Shown: one piece after another, positions 1-9,973 of the stretch
Layout: every line of letters begins with the position of its first letter
How positions within the stretch are numbered: the first letter of the stretch is position 1
Source: a bacterium
Lineage (GTDB): Bacteria > SM23-31
Direction of reading: 5' to 3'
Assembly (NCBI GenBank): GCA_965249485.1
Contig: OZ252239.1
Location: 544,001-608,000 of the forward strand
Length of the DNA stretch: 64,000 bases
The notes under the pieces: generated by a model
The model's database searches: none
What the model was told of the DNA's origin: nothing
What the model saw: the letters and a program-made list of their open reading frames with translations, nothing else
Program-made: the position numbers and the translations under genes

Positions 1-88
1 CAGCAAGACTTGCAGAAAGATTAACCGCTGTCGTTGTTTTACCAACTCCCCCCTTTTGATTTGCAACCGCTATTATTTTGCGCTGCAT
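1..88 (-). CDS. parA: ParA/Soj family ATPase, N-terminus only (runs off window start)
   Basis: Manual translation from ATG at 88: [29 protein letters not shown], with deviant Walker [15 protein letters not shown] upstream. Confidence 0.9.
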   Translation of the reverse strand, partial: MQRKIIAVANQKGGVGKTTTAVNLSASLA

Positions 89-307
89 CCAAATAAATTC
101 CTCTTCTAGATCACATTTATGTGCGGTTAATTCCCACTTCATCACGCGTGAGAGCAAATAATACCAAATTTAAATATAGAATTTATGTTGAATTTTGCAA
201 GATATATTATGCAGTGTATATACTGTCTATGGAGCGTTATTCATGCAATGTTGAAATGGATCTATTCCGTTCACTCTGGAAATTTTAAAGTTTCACAAAG
301 AGTGTGT

Positions 308-535
308 TTACACATACTTGATCCAGTCATCACCGGTACTATTTTGCTTTCCATGCGTACTCTCTTCGGATTCTTCTTCCGATGTGGAAACGATATCCTG
401 AACAATTGGATCGCCTTCATCATAACGTGCAGTGATGCAGGTCGCGTTTTCGTCAATATCAACTTCTTGCGCCCCGCATTTGTGATTGTTATTTAATAAG
501 CAGTTAGTATTATCGCAGTATTCAATCTGAACCAT
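308..535 (-). CDS. Small Cys-rich DUF1540-like protein with acidic tail
   Basis: 75 aa; C7-x4-C12-x7-C20-x12-C33 in CDNTNCLLNNNHKCGAQEVDIDENATC resembles DUF1540. Confidence 0.6.
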   Translation of the reverse strand: MVQIEYCDNTNCLLNNNHKCGAQEVDIDENATCITARYDEGDPIVQDIVSTSEEESEESTHGKQNSTGDDWIKYV

Positions 536-581
536 TATCCGAACCGGTTATATTAAAAAGTGATCGATGATACCCGATTAT

Positions 582-794
582 TCACGTAATCCCTGATTGT
601 GTATATATTCCTGTTTTTTTTTGTTTTGAGCATACTTCAAACTTGTCACAATCAGAACACACATAATCATCACAATGCTCAATTGATTCGCACACACACG
701 TAAAACTAATTGTTATCGAATCTTTTAAACATATAGACGTATTGTTATTGTTGTAATAACACAATTTATAATGGCACGAACGGAGCTGATCCAT
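582..794 (-). CDS. Small Cys-rich DUF1540-like protein (9 Cys)
   Basis: 70 aa; ATG 3 nt after sprA stop; C7,C12,C22,C35 align with the neighbouring microprotein; extra C-x4-C-x2-C-x5-C cluster. Confidence 0.6.
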   Translation of the reverse strand: MDQLRSCHYKLCYYNNNNTSICLKDSITISFTCVCESIEHCDDYVCSDCDKFEVCSKQKKTGIYTQSGIT

Positions 795-797
795 AAT

Positions 798-3700
798 TTA
801 TCCGGCAATCCTGATTTTTATTGAAAGTCCGAAATCTTTTGTTACGTTTTTTCCTGTCTGTTTGCTTTCATTGACCTGGTATTTAAAATTCATATTACCG
901 GTAACTCGGCTAGTAAAAGAGTACGTCAATGTCGGTGTAACACTCCATGAGTCTGTTTTGTTCCGTTCACTGAAATCAACAGCCTCTCCCCGTTTTTCAA
1001 ATGTTGTTGCATTTGTTTTACGGAAATCAACATTGAAATTCACTGAATTTTTAATCTCTCGTGACTTTACGTTGGTAAACGGTATCGAAATTCTGAATCC
1101 GGAGTTCCACTGAAATGAAGTGTTTACTGAAATATCACCATTTAATGTTTTTGTTTCAGCGCTTGTTTTATTATCAATAACTAATGATGTGTTTTGGTTC
1201 ATCGTTACTAAGGAATTAATACCTTTTTTCCATAATATCCTGAGACCTGCAATTGGAGCAAATCCCCACTGAAACCTCTCATTCAACAGATTATCCTCTG
1301 TCTCTTGCCAATTGAGTTCGTGCGAGCCCGAGTAGTTATGAGTCAGAGAAACATTGTCAGCAACTTTATTAATATAAGGAAACTCGTGCAGATTATTAAA
1401 TTGAAGTCCATATTCGAAAAGAGGAATCCTTGTATCGCCAACAATAAACATCGATTGCGTATCTTTTCCTGTTTTGATATTCTGATTGTCGGTAATTGTG
1501 CTTGTATTTGTGTAGCGCATAGTAAAATTGAGCATCCGTGCAATGGCGATAGATGAACCCATATTGAGGTTTGCCTGATTCGATTCCGTACCAGTATTTT
1601 GGCCGAGACCTTCTTTAATTTCAACTCCCGGTTCAACATCCAAACCGAATTGATAGCCAAGTCCCGGCTTACCGTCTAATCCCACATTCTGGAGAGTTCG
1701 CGCCTGATTGAAGTTTACCGATATCGGGGCAATCCTTTTTGTGAACTGATCGAGATACCAGAGCGGATTAACCGGAAAACCGCCCGATTCTGCGTCCGGG
1801 GAAGTGTCCTGCGGCTCTTCCTGCCGCTCCTGCTGAACTTCAGTTTGACCGGCACGCCGGGGGGGCGGCCTCCGCGATGCTGGACTTTGTGACTGCGGCG
1901 AGTTGTACACTAATCCCACCAGATTATTTAAAGAGAGACTTACCCCTGAAGAGAGTGTACGATTCGAAGATGCGTTGTTTCCTGCTGATTCGGATTGTTT
2001 GTTTTTAGCAAGACTGTAGGTAGAATTGTATCCAAAGTTGGGCGATAGCCATTTCATAATATTCGGGGAATATTTTGTTCCGACAGTCTGCTGAGTCGAT
2101 ATTACTGTTGAATCTTCCAAAATTGCCGAAAAGAGTTTGAGCTTATTGTTCAATCCGGTTAAATCATGACTTGTCTGATGCGAGTAGTTGAATGTAAGGT
2201 TGTTAATCGGAGTGTACGATGTTGTTATCGTTTTCGCTGCAGTGAACGTATTGGCTTTGGTTATTTTTCCTGAATTACTTTGTGTTCTCAGTTTCTTTTC
2301 ATTCACCGCTTCGTTCACTGAAAGCGATGTTGAAACACCTCCCAGCATGTAATAAAACCTGAACTGATTGAGACTTCGCAAACCCCAGACTTCTGGTAAA
2401 AACCAGAAGGGCCTTATTGAAGGATTACCAAAACCAAGTTTATGGCTAAGCTGACCTGCTGTTTTTACGGAGCGATTAAATTCGGTATTAACATCCCGAG
2501 CATCCGTTTCCTGCCGAGTAATCGATAAATTGAAGGCCTGTAAGGTATTTTTTATGAGCCAGTTTTCAGAAAACGGCCGGACAGAAAATCCGGAGGAATA
2601 GCTAACGCTTTCGCTGTGCACTTCCTCTTGTGAGGCATTGGGATCGTCTGCTGAAAAGAGTATATCACTTCCTTTCAGGTATTTTGGCGTTGCGTCTGAG
2701 CTTGTCATTGAGTAATTCAGGGGTATATTAAACATATTGAGTTGAGGAATAATACTCCCCAGACTGAAATTCCTTAAATAAAGAGAAAAATTATTGGTAT
2801 TCTGCAGTGATCCGAATTGTTCATTAATTGTGTGAAAATTAGCCTCGCGACGTGCAAAACTGGTGCTGATTGTTCCGAGACTCGATAAATTCAGATTGAT
2901 ATTAGCACGGAAGGCCTTTCCCGGTGTCCTGTCAATACCACTCACCCGCATCTCATCGAGCCAGATAAATCCGTCTTTAGAAAACTCACCAGTATTTTTT
3001 ACTCCGACGGTTACTTTCAGAATGTTCTGAAGAGATGGATTTCCAACCACTTTCCAGACGTCACCATTTTCAAATTCCCGAACGTTGACCTGTACAGTAT
3101 CCCCGGCAGTTGAATCAATGACAGTTGTGGTTTTTAACTTGGGTATTTCCCAGAGGTCGATATTTATATGATTATTATCATCCCAATCGGGTTTTATCTT
3201 TTTCCTGATTTCGTAATAGTTTTTATTGTCATACCCAAACTGAAAAAAGAGTTCAACATTATTTTCATCACCACCTAATCCTGCTATCAACGGATCACCA
3301 TAGACAAACATTTTCAAACGGCGGTAGTGAATAAGGTTCTTCGCTTTAGGAAATACAGTCTGCATTGCTCCGCTTTGTCCCGGCTGCAATCTGAAAAACT
3401 TGAGAGCGAGCGACTGTTCTTTTCCATGAACATCATTTAACTTATCAAATTCTCCGGTAACACCGGGAGGACTGCTATATACATTTATGTCATCTTCTGT
3501 ATTGACCGCATCGACCACAATCGTGGTATCGCTCGCGGTATAGTTACCTATCTCGACCTCATCATCATTTGCCGCAACACCGAGCTCTTTCCATGCACTT
3601 CCAACCAATTCAATTTTATATATACTGATTCCCTCGTTCTCTTCGAGATCGGTAAACCAGAGTCGGGAATATTCAATCTGGGACAAACTCGGATCGCCTA

Positions 3701-6700
3701 TCTTCCAAAAATCTGCCAGCGGTATTCGGTAGAATTTCCAGCCGTTTTCGTTCGGGCCGCTCACTTTGTATTGCCCCGATACGGCGTCATTTCCTAGATC
3801 GATTTGCAGCTGAAAATATTTGTCAATCGGATCGAGAATACCGTCACCATCAATATCTTCGGTATCTGGAATCCGTGAACCGTCATTTCTGTTATTTTTT
3901 GTTCCATTAACATATCGATGATCGTCAAAAACTTTTGTTTCTTGATCATTATGAAACTCATCGTCCCATTGCACTTCAGGAAGATTTGTTTCATTCCATT
4001 TCGACCAAATACCAACATCTTCGGCATCGTCCAGAATTTTATCAAAGTCGTTCGGAATCGTTGAGTTTATTCCGTCTTCGGTGTCGAGTGACTTGTTGGG
4101 AACAGCATCTTCGCTGATCTTCCCGAGATCTATGGTTACTTTTCCTTTCTCTCCCTTTATCCACAATTCAATGAATTTACTCTCGGACTGATTGAAGCTC
4201 CCGGTACCCAGCCATTTCATGATACCACCCCACGCATTATCGGGAATAATATCGCGGGAATTCGGGACAAATTCAATATTCAGAATATTGACTCTTGGGT
4301 TTTGCAAATTACCTATTTGTTTGTTTTCTAAGATATCTCTTTCATCTATTTGTCTAAACGGATTAAACCAGAGCATTTTTGCCCTATTTTGCTGCTCAAG
4401 CTGTGTTTCTATATTCGTAATAGGGTCTTTGAATTTCGGGAGGCTGGAAATAGTCCACGTTCTCCGCATGATTCCAAGCGAAGTGAGTCGTTTTGTGCCC
4501 TCAAAATCATCGATATAGGCGACACCTTCGGGATCGAGTGTTGCACCATTACTCAGAGTGTTCGGATTGGGACGGGTCTGAGCAAACTCTCCTTCAAAAC
4601 TGATTAGCGTCGGTGCTGTTGCGCTGATTACCGGAAGCTTGTCGAGCATTGAAGAAATTTTTCCCGCATTGAACTTTAAACTTGAGTTTACCCCCCATGT
4701 CATATTCTTTTTCGGTTCCTGACCGATATTGACTTTTGTGTCTAAGATTCGCTCATTCAGAAAGAGACCAGTACCACCGATGAATCCAATATCACCAAGA
4801 TTATAGTTGAGATGTGTGCCGAAAAGTGTTTTCTTATCGAGTCTGAAAATTTCGCTACTTTCATACCGCACTTCAACCCGAGAGCCGGGCTGAGTTGCCA
4901 TGGAGTCGAGGATCGTAATTTGACCGAAACTGTAATCGATCTGATAACCCCCATCGTCTTTCAGCAACAACCTGCCGTCAAGTAGGACCTCTTCACTTTC
5001 GGGAATTATATTAAATCCGAGGTTGTGTGTCTGTGACTGGCTCGAGAGTGTGTACTCAAATTCGAACTGTGAAATTGAGTTGTAATCACTCGGATTTGGA
5101 AACAGCTTATCATAAATATCAGGAATCTGGTTCTCTTCAGGAAGACTTGACGAACTATTTCCTTGAAGGGGGTCTCTATTATTAACCGGATCGAACGGCC
5201 GAAGCCCAGGCATAATTAAGTGTCCCCGTGTAAAGTTAAAAAACGGCCTGGCAACATCGACGAGTCCATCTGCTCCGGACTGTCCTGTAACTCCTGTTCT
5301 GTCCAGGCCAAACACTTCGATAAACTCGGTCCCATCGGGAAGTGCCGGATCTCTGGTTTCAGTTTGCGAGAGGACAATCTGCAGTGTAAAACCGTTACGG
5401 CTGATGCCTTGCTGCCCAAGATCATACACGTTTCTCCATTCGAGTGTCCAGGTTGAATCGGTCGGCTGCGGATTGTCTGTCCGAAGGAGTTTCAGGATAA
5501 TCGGTCTGTCTTCCGGAATTTCAAGGTCTCCGATTTCTAATACCGGTCCTTGCTTTGGTTTGTAAGCAATTGCCAATACTTCATTTCTAATAGGACGCTC
5601 CATGATTATTCGGCCCATATCGAGATTAAGTTGATAATCGATATTCGGCCGCAACCGTTTAAAGAAGCGCCGTATTGCATTTTGATTCCCTCCGCTGAGT
5701 GTATCTTCCAGGGCAAGGTTATTTGGATCCCAGACTGCCCATCCTTCTTTCGAATCGGGATTTGAGCTGGAATTCCTATCTGATATCCAGACTTCTGCTC
5801 TTTCTAATTCCAAATTTGAAGTAACGATCGGCAATCCATCCGGACTAAACCTGTATGCATCACGGTACTGTGTGTCGACAAAGAAATAAACACCCCGAAG
5901 GTATTCATAATCTTTCTTGATACTTTTTGTTGCCTGGGCACCATTTTCCAAGATGAGCGATTTTTTTTCGCCCCTTTCCATGCTTGCAACAGACGTCATA
6001 TCGAGCGGGCCGAGTTTATTGACAACTTTAAATCCAAAGAGGCCTTTGTTACCGCCGCTGAAGGTTATGAACTGAGTTCCCGGCAGTGCGAGGGCTATGT
6101 TACCGGCTTGGATCGATTGAAAAATTTCGTCTTCTTCTCCTGTATAAAAGAAGCGCATATTATTTTGTATATCGAAATCCCGTTCGGAATCCTGGTCAAC
6201 CTGGACTGAGATCTTTTCTCCCACTTTACCGGTAATATTAAAACGCTGGGTTTGCTGCAGTTTGAAAGTGTAATCGGAACCTTTGAAAACATCCTTCACT
6301 TCACTCCGGTCATTGTGTAGAAGGTTTCCGGTAATGTTTACCTCTCCCGTTACCTGCAGTCCAATTGCACCCCCACCACCAACAAGCCGGTTGAGGCGCT
6401 GGCTCTGAAGCGGGACAGGTATACGTAGATTCAGTCCACCACCACCGGAACTTGCGGAATTGTCCTGTTGAGCACGATAAGAATTTATGATTTTTGTACC
6501 GGACTCGTACCAGAGTTTTTCCAACTGCCACTGACGGTTGACCGATACAACATCTTCTCTATCAAGAATGAGAGGTATTTTGTACTGGTCCCCGTAATAA
6601 TCTTCAGTAATGATATACTTATTAGACAGCGTATCAAATCTTGTTGACCGGGTAATACTGAGTGCTTTTTTTGGGATAGGTATAGTATTGAGTGAATCAA

Positions 6701-6878
6701 CACCAATGCCGTATGACGGTATTTCCGATTCACTGAATTGCACAGCACCACTGTTCAAGTAGGGTAAACGTACTCCGACCTGTGCGTGAGCATCATTTGG
6801 GATGCTCCAACAAAGTAAGCTCAGGAGATACAAAAAACAAAAATGTAACCTACGGAATGTAAAAAGGAACCAATACAA
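798..6878 (-). CDS. sprA: Cell surface protein SprA/Sov-like giant outer-membrane beta-barrel (T9SS translocon homolog)
   Basis: 2026 aa; TTG start after AAGGA; signal peptide ending AHA-Q; SprA-like motifs YTGEEDEIFQSIQAGN, AYIDDFEG, DLGKISED, PDTEDIDGDG, IWLDEMRVS; amphipathic strand C-terminus. Confidence 0.88.
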   Translation of the reverse strand: MYWFLFTFRRLHFCFLYLLSLLCWSIPNDAHAQVGVRLPYLNSGAVQFSESEIPSYGIGVDSLNTIPIPKKALSITRSTRFDTLSNKYIITEDYYGDQYKIPLILDREDVVSVNRQWQLEKLWYESGTKIINSYRAQQDNSASSGGGGLNLRIPVPLQSQRLNRLVGGGGAIGLQVTGEVNITGNLLHNDRSEVKDVFKGSDYTFKLQQTQRFNITGKVGEKISVQVDQDSERDFDIQNNMRFFYTGEEDEIFQSIQAGNIALALPGTQFITFSGGNKGLFGFKVVNKLGPLDMTSVASMERGEKKSLILENGAQATKSIKKDYEYLRGVYFFVDTQYRDAYRFSPDGLPIVTSNLELERAEVWISDRNSSSNPDSKEGWAVWDPNNLALEDTLSGGNQNAIRRFFKRLRPNIDYQLNLDMGRIIMERPIRNEVLAIAYKPKQGPVLEIGDLEIPEDRPIILKLLRTDNPQPTDSTWTLEWRNVYDLGQQGISRNGFTLQIVLSQTETRDPALPDGTEFIEVFGLDRTGVTGQSGADGLVDVARPFFNFTRGHLIMPGLRPFDPVNNRDPLQGNSSSSLPEENQIPDIYDKLFPNPSDYNSISQFEFEYTLSSQSQTHNLGFNIIPESEEVLLDGRLLLKDDGGYQIDYSFGQITILDSMATQPGSRVEVRYESSEIFRLDKKTLFGTHLNYNLGDIGFIGGTGLFLNERILDTKVNIGQEPKKNMTWGVNSSLKFNAGKISSMLDKLPVISATAPTLISFEGEFAQTRPNPNTLSNGATLDPEGVAYIDDFEGTKRLTSLGIMRRTWTISSLPKFKDPITNIETQLEQQNRAKMLWFNPFRQIDERDILENKQIGNLQNPRVNILNIEFVPNSRDIIPDNAWGGIMKWLGTGSFNQSESKFIELWIKGEKGKVTIDLGKISEDAVPNKSLDTEDGINSTIPNDFDKILDDAEDVGIWSKWNETNLPEVQWDDEFHNDQETKVFDDHRYVNGTKNNRNDGSRIPDTEDIDGDGILDPIDKYFQLQIDLGNDAVSGQYKVSGPNENGWKFYRIPLADFWKIGDPSLSQIEYSRLWFTDLEENEGISIYKIELVGSAWKELGVAANDDEVEIGNYTASDTTIVVDAVNTEDDINVYSSPPGVTGEFDKLNDVHGKEQSLALKFFRLQPGQSGAMQTVFPKAKNLIHYRRLKMFVYGDPLIAGLGGDENNVELFFQFGYDNKNYYEIRKKIKPDWDDNNHINIDLWEIPKLKTTTVIDSTAGDTVQVNVREFENGDVWKVVGNPSLQNILKVTVGVKNTGEFSKDGFIWLDEMRVSGIDRTPGKAFRANINLNLSSLGTISTSFARREANFHTINEQFGSLQNTNNFSLYLRNFSLGSIIPQLNMFNIPLNYSMTSSDATPKYLKGSDILFSADDPNASQEEVHSESVSYSSGFSVRPFSENWLIKNTLQAFNLSITRQETDARDVNTEFNRSVKTAGQLSHKLGFGNPSIRPFWFLPEVWGLRSLNQFRFYYMLGGVSTSLSVNEAVNEKKLRTQSNSGKITKANTFTAAKTITTSYTPINNLTFNYSHQTSHDLTGLNNKLKLFSAILEDSTVISTQQTVGTKYSPNIMKWLSPNFGYNSTYSLAKNKQSESAGNNASSNRTLSSGVSLSLNNLVGLVYNSPQSQSPASRRPPPRRAGQTEVQQERQEEPQDTSPDAESGGFPVNPLWYLDQFTKRIAPISVNFNQARTLQNVGLDGKPGLGYQFGLDVEPGVEIKEGLGQNTGTESNQANLNMGSSIAIARMLNFTMRYTNTSTITDNQNIKTGKDTQSMFIVGDTRIPLFEYGLQFNNLHEFPYINKVADNVSLTHNYSGSHELNWQETEDNLLNERFQWGFAPIAGLRILWKKGINSLVTMNQNTSLVIDNKTSAETKTLNGDISVNTSFQWNSGFRISIPFTNVKSREIKNSVNFNVDFRKTNATTFEKRGEAVDFSERNKTDSWSVTPTLTYSFTSRVTGNMNFKYQVNESKQTGKNVTKDFGLSIKIRIAG

Positions 6879-7055
6879 TATGTGTGTCCTTCTTATACTA
6901 TATATTGCACTCCTCCAATGAGGATTACAATAATTGCAAATCAGTATAAATCAGTAACACTTTTGTATATGTTCCTCCTTAAGGAAAAAAGTGGGGAAAA
7001 TGATTATTTTATAGGTACTTGTCCGTTAAGAGTATAGTATAATTATCGCACAAAA

Positions 7056-7523
7056 TCAAGAAATTGTTTTGTTTTCATCCAGTTTTCTCTCAGCATAAAG
7101 ATTTCTGTATTTATCGCCAAGTGCTATCATCTTTTTTCGGCTGCTGATTTTGGAGTCGTTGTATCCTATCAAATGCAGCATACCGTGGATCACGAGGTTT
7201 ATCAATTCATCTCGGTATGAAATATTGTATTCTTCAGCTTGTTCTCGCGCTACCTTAATACAAATATAGATTTCTCCTTCAATCGGATCATCATCACTAT
7301 TAATCGGAAACGTGATCACATCGGTCTCATAATTGTGGCCTAGAAACCGGACATTTAATTCCCTGATAAATTCTGCCCCGACAAAAACCACCTCAACCAC
7401 ACCGATGTTGGCTTTTTCCTGCTCAGAAACAAGTGATATCAGCTCGGCTACCTCTTTTTTCTGTAAAGGGATCTTTGCTTTATCATCGGTTTGAGAGACC
7501 GATACCTTGACCTTATTTTTCAA
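7056..7523 (-). CDS. ybeY: rRNA maturation RNase YbeY
   Basis: TDVITF, GEIYI and HGMLHLIGY metal-binding motif; overlaps end of HD gene. Confidence 0.93.
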   Translation of the reverse strand: MKNKVKVSVSQTDDKAKIPLQKKEVAELISLVSEQEKANIGVVEVVFVGAEFIRELNVRFLGHNYETDVITFPINSDDDPIEGEIYICIKVAREQAEEYNISYRDELINLVIHGMLHLIGYNDSKISSRKKMIALGDKYRNLYAERKLDENKTIS

Positions 7524-9864
7524 CTATTTTTTCTTTTGAAACTTCGCTATTCTCGATATCATTTTCAGGGTACTCGATTCGGACATGAAATATACCGCTC
7601 ATAATCTTAATGAAACTGTCGGTAATGAGCCTGAGGTCTTTCATTGTAAGATCACATTCATCGAGCTGGCCGTCCTGAAAACGCTGGTTAATAATCGTAT
7701 CCACACGTTCTTTAATCCGTGCGGGTGATGGGTCCTTGAGGGCACGTGTTGCAGCTTCAACACCATCCGCAAGCATTACAATTCCCGACTCTCTCGTTTG
7801 AGGTTTGGGACCGGGATAGCAAAAATCTGCCGGATTGATGTTTTTTTCTTTTGATTTTTCGAGGGCTTTTTCATAGAAAAAAGAAATACGGTTTGTACCG
7901 TGGTGCTGCCGTATAAAGTCTTTAATGACTTCAGGGAGTTTATATTTTTCCGCGATTTCGAGCCCTTCACGGACATGGGAAGAGATTATTATACTGCTCA
8001 TGCTCGGGGCAAGCGACTCGTGTCTCTTCATGGCATTCGGTTCATTCTCGATGAAATATTGCGGTTTGACCATTTTCCCGATGTCGTGATAGTAACAACC
8101 TACCCGTGCTCTGAGCGAGTTTGCTCCAATGGCCTCTGCTGCGCGCTCAGAAAGGTTCCCGAGAATAATAGAGTGATGATACGTGCCGGGAGCAGTTATA
8201 GCCAATTCTCGAAGAAGCAGGCTGTTTAAATCCGACAGTTCAAGGAGTGAAATATCAGTTGTGACTCCGAACATTGCTTCAAACAAAACAATAAAACCAA
8301 GCGTGATCAACGGGGAAAGCACTGCATTGGGAAGACCATATTGGAACAATGAAATAGAAAGATCAGTTAGTGTGATACCGCGCAGTGCACCTGTGACAAA
8401 CAACACCAATCCGTAGGCTACTAGTATAAAAAGACTTGTTTTGAAAAACTGACTGATCTTTCGTATACGACGTACTGCCGCTACTGCCACGGCTCCTCCG
8501 ACAAGGACATAAAACGTTATGACAAAATCGTTGCCCATGAATCCTCCGACAAACAAACTAATCATGAGTGTGCCGTAAATTCCAACACCGCCGTCAAATA
8601 TGATCGCCAGAAGCATCGAGGCAATGGTAGTCGGAATAAGATATTCGGAGAGCCTGAACTGCTGCGTCACGAAATAAATAAAGAGGAGTTGTGTTACGAT
8701 AATTAGAAAAATTATTGTAATATTTTTCGTCTCTTTGAGTATTTCAGGGCGAAATTGATAAAGGTAAAAAACAAATAAAAGCAGGACAATCGACAAAAAT
8801 CCTATCTGACCTATAGAAATAATCAAATTTGAAAAAGGATTCTGCAACAGACCTTCACGGAGCAGGTATTCTCTGAGAGATTCAATTTTCCGGTAATGTT
8901 CTTCCGTGATCCGTTCGTGACGGTCGACAATCTTTTCATTTTGCAGTACATATCCACGGGCCCGCGGAACACGGGCAGTAGTTTCATTACGAAGTGATTC
9001 TGTTATCTCAGAGTTGTATTTTATGTTGGGAATTAGAAAATTCTGAACCGTTTCAAATCCGACACTAATGGTGTCGCTTAAAGGCGTGTAGTATGCTTCA
9101 AGGCGTGTTGCTATACCGGAGTAACTGTCGTCCCTGTCAAAAAACTCTTCCAACGTTCCCTGACGTTCATTATTACTATCGGTGATTATGAGCTGGTCAT
9201 TATCATCGGGACTCTGCCGTTTCGAAATATTTAGAATGCCGATTGAATGCATGTCTGAGAGAACCTGATTGCACACGTGCTGAAACTCATCAAAGACGCT
9301 TTGTTCCATTGAAAGAACGGTATTCCAGTTCGGCTGGCTAATATCGATGTTATTCTCACGTTTCAGCAGAGCACCAAGAGACAAAATGCGTGAATCCAGT
9401 TCTCCTATTTGATAAAGAAGCAGCGAATCGGCCTCTCCCTGCTGTGCCCGCACCTGTACTTGAAGAGTGTTAAAAGCTTTAGCAAGGGTTCTGAATTCAT
9501 TCAGATAATTGAAAAACACCGTGATATTCCGTTCAGCCTCAGCCTCTGTATCGGTATCTCGGTAAAAACGAGCCGGCACTTCTCCGCGGACCAGTTCTTT
9601 TTCCTGTTCGTACTCTTCGGTCGATTTATTAATTTCAAATGTTGCAGGGGAAATAATTTGTTCAGGGGCTACAGTCCCGATCTGGTATTCTGCGTAGATA
9701 GACGATCTATCGCGAGGATGCAATAGGCTGCCTATTGCTACGATAACAACAAAAACAATACAGCCGTAGAGGAGTTTTTTATTCAAACGGGAGAGTTCAA
9801 CACTGTTTTTGATCCACGTAAAAACCGGCAATTGTGATTTTAATTGTTTTATCAACTTGTTCAT
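7513..9864 (-). CDS. 7TM-HDIG phosphohydrolase (PgpH-like cyclic-di-AMP phosphodiesterase family)
   Basis: Extracytoplasmic domain, multiple TM helices, APGTYHHS, YYHDIGK, QHHGT, MLADGVEAA. Confidence 0.88.
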   Translation of the reverse strand: MNKLIKQLKSQLPVFTWIKNSVELSRLNKKLLYGCIVFVVIVAIGSLLHPRDRSSIYAEYQIGTVAPEQIISPATFEINKSTEEYEQEKELVRGEVPARFYRDTDTEAEAERNITVFFNYLNEFRTLAKAFNTLQVQVRAQQGEADSLLLYQIGELDSRILSLGALLKRENNIDISQPNWNTVLSMEQSVFDEFQHVCNQVLSDMHSIGILNISKRQSPDDNDQLIITDSNNERQGTLEEFFDRDDSYSGIATRLEAYYTPLSDTISVGFETVQNFLIPNIKYNSEITESLRNETTARVPRARGYVLQNEKIVDRHERITEEHYRKIESLREYLLREGLLQNPFSNLIISIGQIGFLSIVLLLFVFYLYQFRPEILKETKNITIIFLIIVTQLLFIYFVTQQFRLSEYLIPTTIASMLLAIIFDGGVGIYGTLMISLFVGGFMGNDFVITFYVLVGGAVAVAAVRRIRKISQFFKTSLFILVAYGLVLFVTGALRGITLTDLSISLFQYGLPNAVLSPLITLGFIVLFEAMFGVTTDISLLELSDLNSLLLRELAITAPGTYHHSIILGNLSERAAEAIGANSLRARVGCYYHDIGKMVKPQYFIENEPNAMKRHESLAPSMSSIIISSHVREGLEIAEKYKLPEVIKDFIRQHHGTNRISFFYEKALEKSKEKNINPADFCYPGPKPQTRESGIVMLADGVEAATRALKDPSPARIKERVDTIINQRFQDGQLDECDLTMKDLRLITDSFIKIMSGIFHVRIEYPENDIENSEVSKEKIVEK

Positions 9865-9973
9865 ACGTGCTGGGTACCGGGCAAATCAGGCAGCCGCTGT
9901 TAATTTGATAATGTTTATTTTACAGTATAGATATTCAAAACACTTTGATTCAAACGAAGTGCACTTGATAAGC

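Noticed and set aside
89..307. oriC or parS next to parA
   Set aside because: No TTATCCACA cluster or TGTTTCACGTGAAACA-like palindrome found
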